Positions 1-9,229 of a stretch of DNA of 26,060 nt are shown piece by piece. The notes below the pieces were generated by a model. The model was not told the DNA's origin and ran no database searches. It saw nothing but the letters and a program-made list of their open reading frames with translations. The DNA is taken from assembly GCA_902762335.1 (NCBI GenBank), contig CACWNZ010000001.1, forward strand, positions 1 through 26,060. The letters run 5' to 3'. Within the stretch, counting starts at the first letter, position 1. The number at the start of each line of letters is the position of its first letter. The translations under genes were made by a program, and so were the position numbers. Origin of the DNA: an uncultured Ruminococcus sp. (lineage in GTDB: Bacteria > Bacillota > Clostridia > Oscillospirales > Acutalibacteraceae).

Positions 1-70
1 GTACGGAGATCAGCGCCAGAGCGATGACGGAAATGATTATTCTTTTTGCCGCCGACTTTTTTTTCTTCAT
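1..70 (-). CDS. Partial CDS (N-terminus only), membrane-anchored or secreted protein
   Basis: ATG at 70 preceded by AGGAGG; my translation MKKKKSAAKRIIISVIALALISV (basic then hydrophobic) runs off the window edge; directly downstream of the mutS2 stop. Confidence 0.6.
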   Translation of the reverse strand, partial: MKKKKSAAKRIIISVIALALISV

Positions 71-88
71 TATACCGCCTCCTCTGTA

Positions 89-2437
89 TTATTTCAGCTC
101 GGCAACGGTGACGCCGGAGTCGCCCTCGCCGAAGGTACCGAGACGGAAGGAACGGACGGACGGGTGGGTCTTGAGGTGCTTCTGTATCTCTTTGCGCAGA
201 ACGCCCGTACCCTTGCCGTGTATTATCGTTATAATGTGCAGCCCCTGCATTACCGCAAGGTCTATCGCCTTGTCTACGTCAAGCAGCGCGTCTGCGGCGT
301 TCTCGCCCCTTACGTCTACCTCGGTAGAGGCGTTCACCCTCATATCGTTCCTGACCGTGCGCACGGCGCTTCGCTTTGGCAGGGTAACGCTCTCCTGCTT
401 CAGCAGGCGGATATTATCGAGGGGAACTCTCGTTTTTATTATCCCCGCCTGAACGAGTACGCTGTCCTTTCCCGTTTCGAGAACGGTAGCCTTTTTGTCT
501 ATATCGAATATGAGCACGAGGTCGCCGCGCCTGAGCTCCCTCGGCAGTCTGTACTCCTCCTTTTCCCTGGTCCTTACGGGGTCTGCCGCCTCCTCCATGC
601 TGCGTATATCCGCCCTGAGTTTCGCCTTCTCCTCGGGTGTTATCTCCTGCTTCTTTCTTATCGCCTCAAGCTCGTCAAGAACTCCGTATACCTGAGCCCT
701 CGCCTTCGTTATTATCTGCTCCGCCTCCGTGCGGGCGTTCTCTATCTCTCTTTCGCTTCTCTGTCTGCTGCGCTCCGCCTCGGCTCTGGCGTTTTCAAGC
801 TCCGCCTGCGCCTCCGCCTTAAGAGCCTCCGTTTCGCCGAGTCTTTGCTCAAGCTCGTTCCTGCTGTCCTCAAGCTTCCGAACGACCGCCTCGAACTTTG
901 AATCCTCCATGGAAACAAGCTCTCTTGCCCTGTTTACGACGCTCTCGTCTATGCCGAGGCGTTCCGAAATGGCAAAGGCGTTAGATCTGCCGGGCATACC
1001 TATCAGCAGCTTATAGGTGGGTCTCAGCGTAGAAACGTCGAACTCACAGCAGCCGTTCTCTACGCCCTTAGTCTCAAGCGCAAAGCTCTTCAGCTCCGCA
1101 TAATGGGTGGTCGAAGCTATCCTTGCGCCCTGCTGTCTTAGTCTTTCGAGGATAGCCGTAGCAAGGGCGGCACCCTCTACGGGGTCTGTTCCCGCGCCGA
1201 GCTCGTCGATAAGCACAAGACTTTTTTCATCGGCGGTTTCAAGTATGCGCCTTATAGTGGTAATATGCGCCCAAAACGTGGATAATGACTGCTCTATGCT
1301 CTGCTCGTCGCCTATATCGGCAAGAACGTTATCGAACACCGAAAGCTCGCTGTTGTCGGCGGCGGGTATCATCAGTCCGCACATCGCCATGAGCGAGAGC
1401 AGTCCGAGAGTCTTTAATGATACCGTCTTGCCGCCCGTATTGGGACCCGTTACGACGAGGGTATCAAAGCCGACACCTAACTCTATATTGGTAGGCACGA
1501 CTTTATCCGCCGCGATAAGCGGGTGCCGCGCGTTTTTCAGGACTATCCTGCCGCTGTCGTTCATCACGGGAAGGGTAGCCTTCATCTTATAGGCAAGCTC
1601 CGCCTTAGCGAATATCACGTTAAGCTCGGTAAGAATGCGGTAGCTCTCGCAGATACTGTCCGCATAGGCTCCCAGCTCCGACGACAGTTCGGCAAGTATC
1701 CTGTCTATCTCGGTCTGCTCCTTCGAGCGGAGAAGTCTTATTTCGTTGTTCGCCTCAACAACGCTCATCGGCTCTATGAACACCGTAGCGCCGCTCGACG
1801 AGGTATCGTGGACAAGCCCCGGAACGGACGAACGGAACTCCGCCTTGACCGGCACGACGAATCTGCCGCTCCTTATCGTAACTATGCTGTCCTGAAGGTA
1901 CTTCTGCATGGATACCGAATGTATCAGCTTATCGAGCCGCTCTCTTATCTTAGAGGCGGCGGCGGTGATCTTGCGTCTTATGGCAGCGAGCTCGGGCGAG
2001 GCGTTGTCGGCTATCTCGTCCTCGGAGAGAATAGCCGATGTTATCTTCTGTTCAAGATATTTATTCGGAGAAAGTGCGTTGAATCTCATATCAAGGCAGG
2101 TCTCTGTCGATGCCGACCTGTCTCTCCATTCGAGAACGGTGCGTATGACTCTCAGCAGAGCCGCCGCCCTCAATAATTCGAGGGGCGTCAGCACCGCGCC
2201 CGCCTGAGCCCTGCGCAGGGCATTGGTCATGTTATGTATATTTCCGAAGGCGGGAGCGCCGAAGCGCGCCGAGAGAGAATGAGCGTCGCTCGTTTCTCTG
2301 AGCAGCTCTCTCACCTCAAACAGTCCGCTCGACGGCTCTATAGCAAGAGCAAGCCGGGCAGCGTCCTCAAACGAGGTCTGCTCCGCAAGCCTTTCAAGTA
2401 TTTTATCAAGCTCAAGGGCTTTATGATCTCTGTTCAT
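89..2437 (-). CDS. mutS2: MutS2 family ATPase/endonuclease with C-terminal Smr domain
   Basis: 782 aa; Walker A GPNTGGKT, Walker B IDELGAGTDP, coiled coil, KOW-like segment, Smr IIHGKGTGVLR; AAGGA RBS. Confidence 0.97.
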   Translation of the reverse strand: MNRDHKALELDKILERLAEQTSFEDAARLALAIEPSSGLFEVRELLRETSDAHSLSARFGAPAFGNIHNMTNALRRAQAGAVLTPLELLRAAALLRVIRTVLEWRDRSASTETCLDMRFNALSPNKYLEQKITSAILSEDEIADNASPELAAIRRKITAAASKIRERLDKLIHSVSMQKYLQDSIVTIRSGRFVVPVKAEFRSSVPGLVHDTSSSGATVFIEPMSVVEANNEIRLLRSKEQTEIDRILAELSSELGAYADSICESYRILTELNVIFAKAELAYKMKATLPVMNDSGRIVLKNARHPLIAADKVVPTNIELGVGFDTLVVTGPNTGGKTVSLKTLGLLSLMAMCGLMIPAADNSELSVFDNVLADIGDEQSIEQSLSTFWAHITTIRRILETADEKSLVLIDELGAGTDPVEGAALATAILERLRQQGARIASTTHYAELKSFALETKGVENGCCEFDVSTLRPTYKLLIGMPGRSNAFAISERLGIDESVVNRARELVSMEDSKFEAVVRKLEDSRNELEQRLGETEALKAEAQAELENARAEAERSRQRSEREIENARTEAEQIITKARAQVYGVLDELEAIRKKQEITPEEKAKLRADIRSMEEAADPVRTREKEEYRLPRELRRGDLVLIFDIDKKATVLETGKDSVLVQAGIIKTRVPLDNIRLLKQESVTLPKRSAVRTVRNDMRVNASTEVDVRGENAADALLDVDKAIDLAVMQGLHIITIIHGKGTGVLRKEIQKHLKTHPSVRSFRLGTFGEGDSGVTVAELK

Positions 2438-2480
2438 AGCTGTTTTCCTTTTATATATTCGTATGGCTCAGCGCTCTCAA

Positions 2481-3230
2481 TTAAGTGAACGCCTGTATCT
2501 GCTTATAGTAATCAAGTGTACGGAATCGTGTGTCGGACAGGGACAGGATATATTTTTCGGCGCAGTCGGAGAGCTGTCTGAGCGAGGTATCGGACAGCGT
2601 GAACGAAAATATCTTTTTGGGCTCGGCAAGGGCTATATATCTGAACGCCGTGACCGCACCCCTTGACAGCATACAGACGGTCTGCTCCTCCCTTACGCAG
2701 TCGGAGCAGAGCAGCCTGTTTTTTTCATATTCAAAGAACATGGTCTCGCTGTCGTATTTTCCGCAGCCCGAGCAGTAGAGAATATCGGGCATAGAGCCCG
2801 AGAGCACCGCAAATCTTATCTCAAAAACGGTCTTTACCAGCCCGGCGGGCTTGTCGGTGGCAGTAAGAACGTGCAGGCAGTTCAGCATGAGATCAAGAAT
2901 TTCCGACGAATAGACGTTTTCGGGGATATTCCTGACGGCAAGCTCGCACATATACTGCGCCAGCGCAAGCCTTTGCAGGTCGAACTGTACGTTGTAAAAG
3001 GAGCGTATCAGCCTTGACTCGTCGATAACGTAGCTCGTTTTTCCTTTATATATACTCAGTTGGGAATAGCTGAACGGCTGAGTTGAGGCGAAGTTCAGAT
3101 TTTTCAGATTCTTCGCGCCCCTTACAAATCCCCTGATTATCCCGCTGTCCCTTGTAAGCACGGTCACCAGCCTGTCGCTCTCTCCTACTGCCGTGTCTGT
3201 CAGGATCAGACCCTCCGTTTCCGTTTTCAT
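2481..3230 (-). CDS. recO: DNA repair protein RecO
   Basis: GESDRLVTVLT OB-fold start, CxxC...CxxC zinc finger, next to era; start moved to ATG 3230, which has a GAGG RBS. Confidence 0.95.
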   Translation of the reverse strand: MKTETEGLILTDTAVGESDRLVTVLTRDSGIIRGFVRGAKNLKNLNFASTQPFSYSQLSIYKGKTSYVIDESRLIRSFYNVQFDLQRLALAQYMCELAVRNIPENVYSSEILDLMLNCLHVLTATDKPAGLVKTVFEIRFAVLSGSMPDILYCSGCGKYDSETMFFEYEKNRLLCSDCVREEQTVCMLSRGAVTAFRYIALAEPKKIFSFTLSDTSLRQLSDCAEKYILSLSDTRFRTLDYYKQIQAFT

Positions 3231-3354
3231 CAAAATCCTCCGTTCGGTCACCCGCGCCGCAGGAGACACGGTCTGACCTTATCCTGCAATACGTGAGATA
3301 ATCGCCGACACTTCCCGTTTCTGCAAAATTCCGCCATGCGGTGTTTTCATCCAT
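3046..3354 (-). CDS. yqzL: YqzL-family small protein (C-terminus overlaps recO)
   Basis: N-terminus AWRNFAETGSVGDYLTY resembles the YqzL W..F..TG....YL pattern; conserved era-yqzL-recO position; GGAGG RBS. Confidence 0.7.
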   Translation of the reverse strand: MDENTAWRNFAETGSVGDYLTYCRIRSDRVSCGAGDRTEDFDENGNGGSDPDRHGSRRERQAGDRAYKGQRDNQGICKGREESEKSELRLNSAVQLFPTEYI

Positions 3355-3454
3355 ACGTATACTGCCTCCGTTCCGGTATATATAATGTATGGTAATATTA
3401 TAGCCGCAGTACAGCGAATTATTACAGAAATAATGTCACGGCGCAAAAAAGCGC

Positions 3455-4366
3455 TTATTCGTCAAAGCTGCTGCTGTCGTAGCCGAGACTGCGCAGTATG
3501 GCTTCTCTGTTTCGCCAATCCTCCTTGACCTTTACCCATATCTGAAGGTTTACCCTGCACCCGAAGAAGCGCTCCATATCCTGTCTTGCATAGGTGCCTA
3601 TCTTTTTGAGCATGGAGCCGCCCTTTCCTATTATCATTCCCTTATGGCTTTCCCTCTCGCAGTAGATGACCGCGTCCATATCTATTATCTCCTTGTCGGG
3701 GCGCTCCTTCATTCTTTCAACGAACACCGCCGTCCCGTGAGGCACCTCCTTATCGAGCAGGCGCAGCAGCTTTTCTCTTATCATCTCGGCTGCAAGCACT
3801 CTTTCGGGCTGGTCGGTAAGGGTGTCCTCGTCAAAGAGGAAATCCCCCTCGTGCGCCTGCGCCCTCATCTCCTTTTTGAGAATATCCATGCCCGAGCCCG
3901 TCTGAGCGGAGCACGGCACAACGGCGCAGAAGTCGTAGAGCGAAGCAAGCTCCGCTATCTGCTTTGCAAGCACGGTCTTGTCGTTTATCGTATCTGTTTT
4001 GTTTATTGCAAGCACGGCGGGCAGTCCGAGCGAACGGAATTTTTCTATGAGCTGTTTTTCCTCCTCGGATATGCTTCTGTCCGCCTCTGTCACGAGAACG
4101 CACATATCCACACCCGCAACGGATTCGTTTATCGAGCGCAGCATAAAGCGGTCGAGGTCGTTTCTCGGCTTGTGCAGTCCCGGGGTATCTATGAAAACGA
4201 GCTGGCAGTCCTCCTCCGTGAGAACTCCCGTTATCCTCGTTCTTGTGGTCTGGGGCTTTGAAGAAACTATGGCTATCTTCTCGCCCAGAAGCCTGTTGAG
4301 TATAGAGGACTTGCCCACGTTGGGACGCCCGACTATTGCAATAAAGGCTGTTTTTCTTTCAGTCAC
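3455..4366 (-). CDS. era: GTPase Era
   Basis: GRPNVGKS, DTPG, NKTD, KH domain with IIGKGG; GTG start overlapping the dgkA stop. Confidence 0.98.
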   Translation of the reverse strand: MTERKTAFIAIVGRPNVGKSSILNRLLGEKIAIVSSKPQTTRTRITGVLTEEDCQLVFIDTPGLHKPRNDLDRFMLRSINESVAGVDMCVLVTEADRSISEEEKQLIEKFRSLGLPAVLAINKTDTINDKTVLAKQIAELASLYDFCAVVPCSAQTGSGMDILKKEMRAQAHEGDFLFDEDTLTDQPERVLAAEMIREKLLRLLDKEVPHGTAVFVERMKERPDKEIIDMDAVIYCERESHKGMIIGKGGSMLKKIGTYARQDMERFFGCRVNLQIWVKVKEDWRNREAILRSLGYDSSSFDE

Positions 4367-4835
4367 TTTTTTTCTTCCCTTCCTTTTTTCTTCGGCGCGG
4401 CATTACTATAAACAATACCGACAATACCGCAGCGGCGCACAGCAGGCACAGAGCCGCCGTATTGCCCGCAAAAAATTCGTACGCGCTTATCCAGCCCTCC
4501 GCCGATGAGAACAGGATAACTCCGATGACCGCGGCAAAGACCGCAAGTATGAGCACTGCGCCCGCGGCGGCGTCCTTGGCTGTTTTTATCATGTCGTCAC
4601 GCTGCGGGCATACCCTGTCGCACAGGGCTTCTATAGACGTATTTATCGCCTCGGCGGCAAGCACCCCGCCTATAGTCAGCAGAAGCAGCACCCATTCGCC
4701 GCGGCTGAAATTAAAAAAGCGCGCAAAAACGAGAACATACAGCGCAGCCACTGTATGAACTCTCATATTGCGCTCGTGTATTATACAATGAATGATCCCG
4801 CAGAATGCGTATACGAAGCCCTTTAGAAAAGACAT
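4359..4835 (-). CDS. dgkA: Prokaryotic diacylglycerol/undecaprenol kinase family membrane protein
   Basis: EAINTSIEALCD and AKDAAAGAVL motifs, hydrophobic helices, canonical ybeY-dgkA-era order; ATGA overlap with ybeY. Confidence 0.9.
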   Translation of the reverse strand: MSFLKGFVYAFCGIIHCIIHERNMRVHTVAALYVLVFARFFNFSRGEWVLLLLTIGGVLAAEAINTSIEALCDRVCPQRDDMIKTAKDAAAGAVLILAVFAAVIGVILFSSAEGWISAYEFFAGNTAALCLLCAAAVLSVLFIVMPRRRKKEGKKKSD

Positions 4836-5341
4836 CAGGTATCGTCCTGCATGAAGTAGCTTGAAGAGCCGGGCAGCCCGAGCTGTGTCATTACCTTTTC
4901 TTCCTTCTCGCGCATACGTATCCTCTGGAGTCCGTTGTCCTCATGGTCGTAGCCCAAAAGATGGAGCATCGAATGCGCCGTGAGATAGCCCACCTCTCTC
5001 TGCAGGCTGTGACCGAAGCGCTCCGCCTGCTCTACGGCGGTCTCCATGGATATTACGATATCGCCGAGTATCTTGGCGCCCGTTGCGGGGTCGGTGTCGT
5101 ACTTGCCGTTTTCGCCCATCGGGAACGAAAGCACGTCCGTTACCGCATCCTTGCTTCTGTAGATATTGTTGAGCTCCTTGATCTGCTTGTTATTGACAAG
5201 TGTAACGCTTACCTCTACGGAGCCGCGGAATTCCTCCATAATAAGCACAGCGTTGCAGCAGCGCCTGATAAGCATACGCAGACCCGTGGGGATCTTGATC
5301 TCTTTCTGCTTGTTGGTAATTATTACCTTGATCTTATCCAT
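4835..5341 (-). CDS. ybeY: rRNA maturation endoribonuclease YbeY
   Basis: DVLSFP and HSMLHLLGYDH metal motif; ATG 5341 chosen because AAGGTG lies 9 nt upstream. Confidence 0.97.
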   Translation of the reverse strand: MDKIKVIITNKQKEIKIPTGLRMLIRRCCNAVLIMEEFRGSVEVSVTLVNNKQIKELNNIYRSKDAVTDVLSFPMGENGKYDTDPATGAKILGDIVISMETAVEQAERFGHSLQREVGYLTAHSMLHLLGYDHEDNGLQRIRMREKEEKVMTQLGLPGSSSYFMQDDT

Positions 5342-5358
5342 TTCAAACTTCACCTTTC

Positions 5359-6327
5359 TTACTTATTGCTTCTGCCCTTACCCGAGGCAGCTTCGTACGC
5401 CTTTATGATATCCTGCACGAGTTTGTTTCTCACTACGTCCTTTGCCGAGAAGAACACCGTTTCTATATCGTCTATATCCTTGAGTATCCTCACGGCGTCC
5501 TTCAGTCCCGACCTCACTCCTCCGGGCAGGTCTATCTGGGTTATATCGCCTGTTATCACCATTTTGGAGTTGAAGCCGAGTCTTGTAAGAAACATCTTCA
5601 TCTGTTCGGGGGTCGTATTCTGTGCTTCATCAAGAATAATAAAGCTGTCGTCAAGCGTTCTTCCTCTCATATACGCGAGGGGAGCGACCTCTATGTTGCC
5701 TCTCTCGACGTATTTCTGATAGGTCTCTGCGCCGAGCATATCGAAGAGCGCGTCGTACAGCGGGCGCAGGTAGGGGTCTACCTTGCTTTGAAGATCCCCC
5801 GGCAGAAAGCCTAACTTTTCGCCTGCCTCAACGGCGGGTCTTGTCAGTATTATGCGGTTGATCTCTCTTGCCCTGAACGCCGCCACCGCCATAGCCACGG
5901 CAAGATAGGTCTTGCCCGTACCCGCAGGTCCTACGCCTACGGTGACGGTGTTGTCTTTTATCGCCGTGCAGTAGTTTTTCTGTCCGAGGGTCTTGGGCTT
6001 GACGGGGCGCCCCTTCGAGGTTATGCAGATACAGTCGCCCGCAAGCTGCTCTATGCGGTGCTCGTTGCCCTCGTTGACGAGGGCCATACAGTAGCGCACG
6101 TTCTGCTCGCTGAGGGCTTCTCCCTTATTCAGCAGACCGAGCAGGCTTTCTATCACCTTGACTGCCCTTGACACGTTTTCGGGCTCTCCCGTGACCTTGA
6201 GCTCGGAGCCCCTGCACACCACCGATACCATGTATTCGTTCTGTATCAGTCTGACGTTCTCGTCAAAGGTACCGAACAGAGCGACTGCCTGCTCCATACG
6301 GTCGATATTGAGTATCTGTTCGATCAT
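5359..6327 (-). CDS. phoH: PhoH-family ATPase
   Basis: GPAGTGKTYLA, APLAYMRGRTL, LDEAQN; ATG 6327 has a GGGTGG RBS; the in-frame upstream extension is AT-rich promoter DNA. Confidence 0.96.
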   Translation of the reverse strand: MIEQILNIDRMEQAVALFGTFDENVRLIQNEYMVSVVCRGSELKVTGEPENVSRAVKVIESLLGLLNKGEALSEQNVRYCMALVNEGNEHRIEQLAGDCICITSKGRPVKPKTLGQKNYCTAIKDNTVTVGVGPAGTGKTYLAVAMAVAAFRAREINRIILTRPAVEAGEKLGFLPGDLQSKVDPYLRPLYDALFDMLGAETYQKYVERGNIEVAPLAYMRGRTLDDSFIILDEAQNTTPEQMKMFLTRLGFNSKMVITGDITQIDLPGGVRSGLKDAVRILKDIDDIETVFFSAKDVVRNKLVQDIIKAYEAASGKGRSNK

Positions 6328-6406
6328 TAGACCACCCTGACTATTCCTGATGTCACATATTTTAACACGATGAGTAAAAATATATATTTGAGATATAATT
6401 TTTTCT

Positions 6407-6435
6407 ATTATAACACAAAAATAGTTAAAAGTCAC
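6407..6435 (-). promoter_or_regulatory. Candidate sigma-A promoter for the phoH operon
   Basis: Minus strand GTGACT-17 nt-TATAAT with TG extension. Confidence 0.5.
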
Positions 6436-6584
6436 TATATTTTTTTGATTTCTTCAAATTTTTTTCAGAATAATCATTACTGTCCTCAGCTGTGGAATTT
6501 TTGTTGGTATAGAACGATCCCGGGAGTTTTCCCCGCCGCTGCGGAGGCAGAAAATTTTTTAAGAATCAAAAAGGCATCAGGATA

Positions 6585-6613
6585 TTGAAATATCCCGCGG
6601 ATCAGGGTAAAAT
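6585..6613 (+). promoter_or_regulatory. Candidate sigma-A promoter for the first STAS gene
   Basis: TTGAAA (6585-6590), 17 nt, TAAAAT (6608-6613). Confidence 0.55.
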
Positions 6614-6653
6614 AATAATAACACCGATCATGACTTGAAAAGGGGCAATTATT

Positions 6654-6950
6654 ATGACCATAGAACAAAAGAAGAACGGCTCAAGTGTCTGTATCGCCGT
6701 TGCGGGCAGGCTTGACACCGCCACCGCGCCCGAGCTTGAGAGCGCCATACAGGGCGTACCCGGCGATACCACCCTGCTCACCCTCGATCTTGAAAAGCTC
6801 GACTATATCTCCTCCGCAGGACTCAGGGTGCTGCTCTCGGCTCATAAGGCGATCAGCCCGAAGGGAAAGCTGAAGATCGTAAACGCCAACGAAGCCATAA
6901 CAGAGATCTTCGATATAACGGGCTTCTCGGCAATTCTTAATATCGGATAA
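6654..6950 (+). CDS. STAS-domain anti-sigma-factor antagonist (SpoIIAA/RsbV-like), copy 1
   Basis: 98 aa; GRLDTATAPELE and LDYISSAGLRVLL with the conserved phospho-acceptor Ser. Confidence 0.93.
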   Translation: MTIEQKKNGSSVCIAVAGRLDTATAPELESAIQGVPGDTTLLTLDLEKLDYISSAGLRVLLSAHKAISPKGKLKIVNANEAITEIFDITGFSAILNIG

Positions 6951-6960
6951 CGAGACTAAA

Positions 6961-7006
6961 AACACCCTCCGTCGGGCATTCGGCGGAGGGTGTTCTCATC
7001 TTTTTT
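6961..7006. terminator. Intrinsic terminator between convergent STAS and PPTase genes
   Basis: AACACCCTCCG (6961-6971) / CGGAGGGTGTT (6984-6994) stem; A-run before and T-run after. Confidence 0.85.
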
Positions 7007-7017
7007 CAGGTGACCGG

Positions 7018-7662
7018 TCATATCTGTAAGGGACCGTTCCGTATCAGCCGCATTATCCCGGCGGCATCGAGCGGTATGATATGCAGCTCCGAAAACGGCT
7101 CGGAGCAGGCGGCCGCCACCGAGCGGTTTTTCCATACCGCGGAGCGGTAATACCATATCCTGCCGTCAAAGGCAAGACTGTCCGTTTCGGGATCCACGCA
7201 CAGGGAAACCGGCTCCACGCTCATACCGAGCCCCGCCGCCTTCAGTATGCTTTCCTTTATGCTCCACAGACGATAAAAGCGCTCAGGAGGGTCAGCCTTT
7301 ATCCATTCCCGTTCTTCAGGGCAAAAAACTAAGGGCGCAAGCTTCAGGTTTTCGCTGCTTATGCCCTCGATGTCCGTTCCGAGCTCACTGCCGCCGAAGG
7401 CGATCGCGGCGCAGCCGTCGGAATGGCTCAGACTGAAAAACCTGCCCGACCGCGAATACGGCTTGCCGTATTTATTCAGGCTTATATCGGCTTCCCTCTC
7501 ACCCGCGCAGCAGGTCAGCAGAAGCCCCGCCCCCATACACATAAGTCTGTCCTCATATCTGAGATAGCGCCGCGCTTTTTTCATTCTTTCGGGAAACAGA
7601 GCCTCGCACGGCTCCTCCCCCACCCTTGCAGCCTCTTCGTTTTCGATCGTATAAATATCCAT
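7018..7662 (-). CDS. Sfp-type 4'-phosphopantetheinyl transferase
   Basis: YGKPY, FSLSHS, GTDIE, WSIKESILKAAG motifs; ATG 7662 with GGGGGAG RBS. Confidence 0.92.
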   Translation of the reverse strand: MDIYTIENEEAARVGEEPCEALFPERMKKARRYLRYEDRLMCMGAGLLLTCCAGEREADISLNKYGKPYSRSGRFFSLSHSDGCAAIAFGGSELGTDIEGISSENLKLAPLVFCPEEREWIKADPPERFYRLWSIKESILKAAGLGMSVEPVSLCVDPETDSLAFDGRIWYYRSAVWKNRSVAAACSEPFSELHIIPLDAAGIMRLIRNGPLQI

Positions 7663-7833
7663 TCTCTCAACTCCCCCGAAGCCTTCGGCTTGTAAATAAT
7701 TATACGGCAAAGTCCGCGCACGGCGCAAGTTTTTCCGATCCGTACTGTCCGCCGTGAAACGACGAAATATCATAGCATTTTGCGAGGTCCCGTGCTATAA
7801 TATATTTATCAGTATCGAAAAGGAGAGGGTAAA

Positions 7834-8610
7834 ATGAAGATCAGAAACCTGACGGCAGGAATATGCGCCGCGCTCCTGATAGCTGCGGCGGCAGGGTGCG
7901 GAGGAACAGCAAAAAACAAGAGCAGTACGGCTTCCGCTGATACAGTATCGCAGACGGCTGCATTCACCACTCCCGGAGAGCGCCTTTCCCGGCTCCCGCA
8001 GGCTTCTCCCGAATGGGTAACGAAGCTTGCTGCCGCGCAAAACGCAAAGCAGCTGTTTATCGTGGCAGGATACGAGGGCTCGACGGCATGGGTATCAATG
8101 CATGAAAGGGATACCGACGGTAATTGGAAAATGACAGCCTCTACCCCCGGCTATATCGGCAGGGCGGGACTCGGCAAGACGAAGGAGGGTGACGCAAAAA
8201 CGCCCGTAGGCACCTTCCGCTTCAACAGGGCGTTCGGTATTGCCGACGATCCCGGCTGCGCCATACCGTATATCAAGGCTGATGACGACACCTATTGGTC
8301 GGGCGACAGCAAAATAAGCTATAATCAGTTGGTCAGTCTGAAGGATCACCCCGATCTCAACACCGCCGACAGCGAGCATATCCTTGATTATCAGTATCAG
8401 TATCAATACTGTCTGAATATCAGCTACAACGAGAGCGGAACGGCGGGCGCGGGGTCCGCTATATTCCTGCACTGTCTCGGCGACAGAAAGCCCTTTACGG
8501 GAGGCTGCGTTGCGATACCCGAGGAGCAGATGTATTTCGTTATGCGGCACGTCGACCCCGAATGTGTCGTGGTTATAGATTCAATGGAAAGCCTCGGCGC
8601 GGAGTTCTGA
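7834..8610 (+). CDS. Lipoprotein with YkuD/L,D-transpeptidase-like catalytic domain
   Basis: Signal peptide with lipobox AAGC, Ser/Thr/Ala linker, KEGDAKTPVGTF, AIFLHC...TGGCVA. Confidence 0.85.
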   Translation: MKIRNLTAGICAALLIAAAAGCGGTAKNKSSTASADTVSQTAAFTTPGERLSRLPQASPEWVTKLAAAQNAKQLFIVAGYEGSTAWVSMHERDTDGNWKMTASTPGYIGRAGLGKTKEGDAKTPVGTFRFNRAFGIADDPGCAIPYIKADDDTYWSGDSKISYNQLVSLKDHPDLNTADSEHILDYQYQYQYCLNISYNESGTAGAGSAIFLHCLGDRKPFTGGCVAIPEEQMYFVMRHVDPECVVVIDSMESLGAEF

Positions 8611-8627
8611 ACGCAGATGAGCGCCCG

Positions 8628-8661
8628 AAGGGCTGCCGTACAAAGCGTTACGGCAGCCCTT
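8628..8661. terminator. Intrinsic terminator between convergent YkuD and NUDIX genes
   Basis: Perfect 13-bp inverted repeat AAGGGCTGCCGTA / TACGGCAGCCCTT. Confidence 0.8.
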
Positions 8662-8664
8662 TTG

Positions 8665-9228
8665 TCAGTCCTTTGCAGCCCAGACCGCGCAGTACGCCTG
8701 TGTTCTTGCGGCAAAGCGATGTTCCCTGAGAAGCCCGCGCACCTCTGCTTTAGTGTACCATGCGGCGCTTATCTCCTCGACCTCGGAGCTGCTTTTCTCT
8801 ATAGTACCCTCTGCCGTTCCCAGCACTACGGCGCCCGTTTCGTTTGAAAAGCCCACGGCGGAATAGCTCTCCTTCCAGGTCTCCTTTATCTCCGTCAGCC
8901 TCAGACCCGTCTCCTCTCTGAGCTCCCTTGCGGCGGCCTCGCAGAGAGTCTCGCCCTCGTCGATAAGCCCTGCGGGGAAATTATATATGCGTTCCCCCAC
9001 TGCCATGCGGAACTCGTAATTGAGCAGTATCCTCTCGCCCGCGCCGTCGTGCATTATCATGATAACGGCGTCGGGCTTTTTTTCGTTAAGCTCCGATTGC
9101 CGCTTTATATCGGGGTCACGGCTTATCATCTCGTATATTTTTTTGCCGCCGCTCTCCGTCTCGTAATCTATGCTGTAGCAGGTGATATATTCGCCCTGAT
9201 ATTCCTTTTTTATGCCCTTGAATATCAT
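8665..9228 (-). CDS. NUDIX hydrolase (ADP-ribose pyrophosphatase-like)
   Basis: Complete Nudix box GLIDEGETLCEAAARELREETGL. Confidence 0.93.
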   Translation of the reverse strand: MIFKGIKKEYQGEYITCYSIDYETESGGKKIYEMISRDPDIKRQSELNEKKPDAVIMIMHDGAGERILLNYEFRMAVGERIYNFPAGLIDEGETLCEAAARELREETGLRLTEIKETWKESYSAVGFSNETGAVVLGTAEGTIEKSSSEVEEISAAWYTKAEVRGLLREHRFAARTQAYCAVWAAKD

Positions 9229-9229
9229 A

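Noticed and set aside
164-5719. Long plus-strand ORFs (164-901, 1523-2176, 3644-4261, 4943-5719 and others) opposite the housekeeping genes
   Set aside because: Antisense shadows of well-supported genes with biased codon usage; no motifs or RBS.
8389-8409. TATCAG microsatellite encoding YQYQYQY in the YkuD gene
   Set aside because: Only 2-3 imperfect 6-nt units, frame-neutral; not a credible phase-variation tract.
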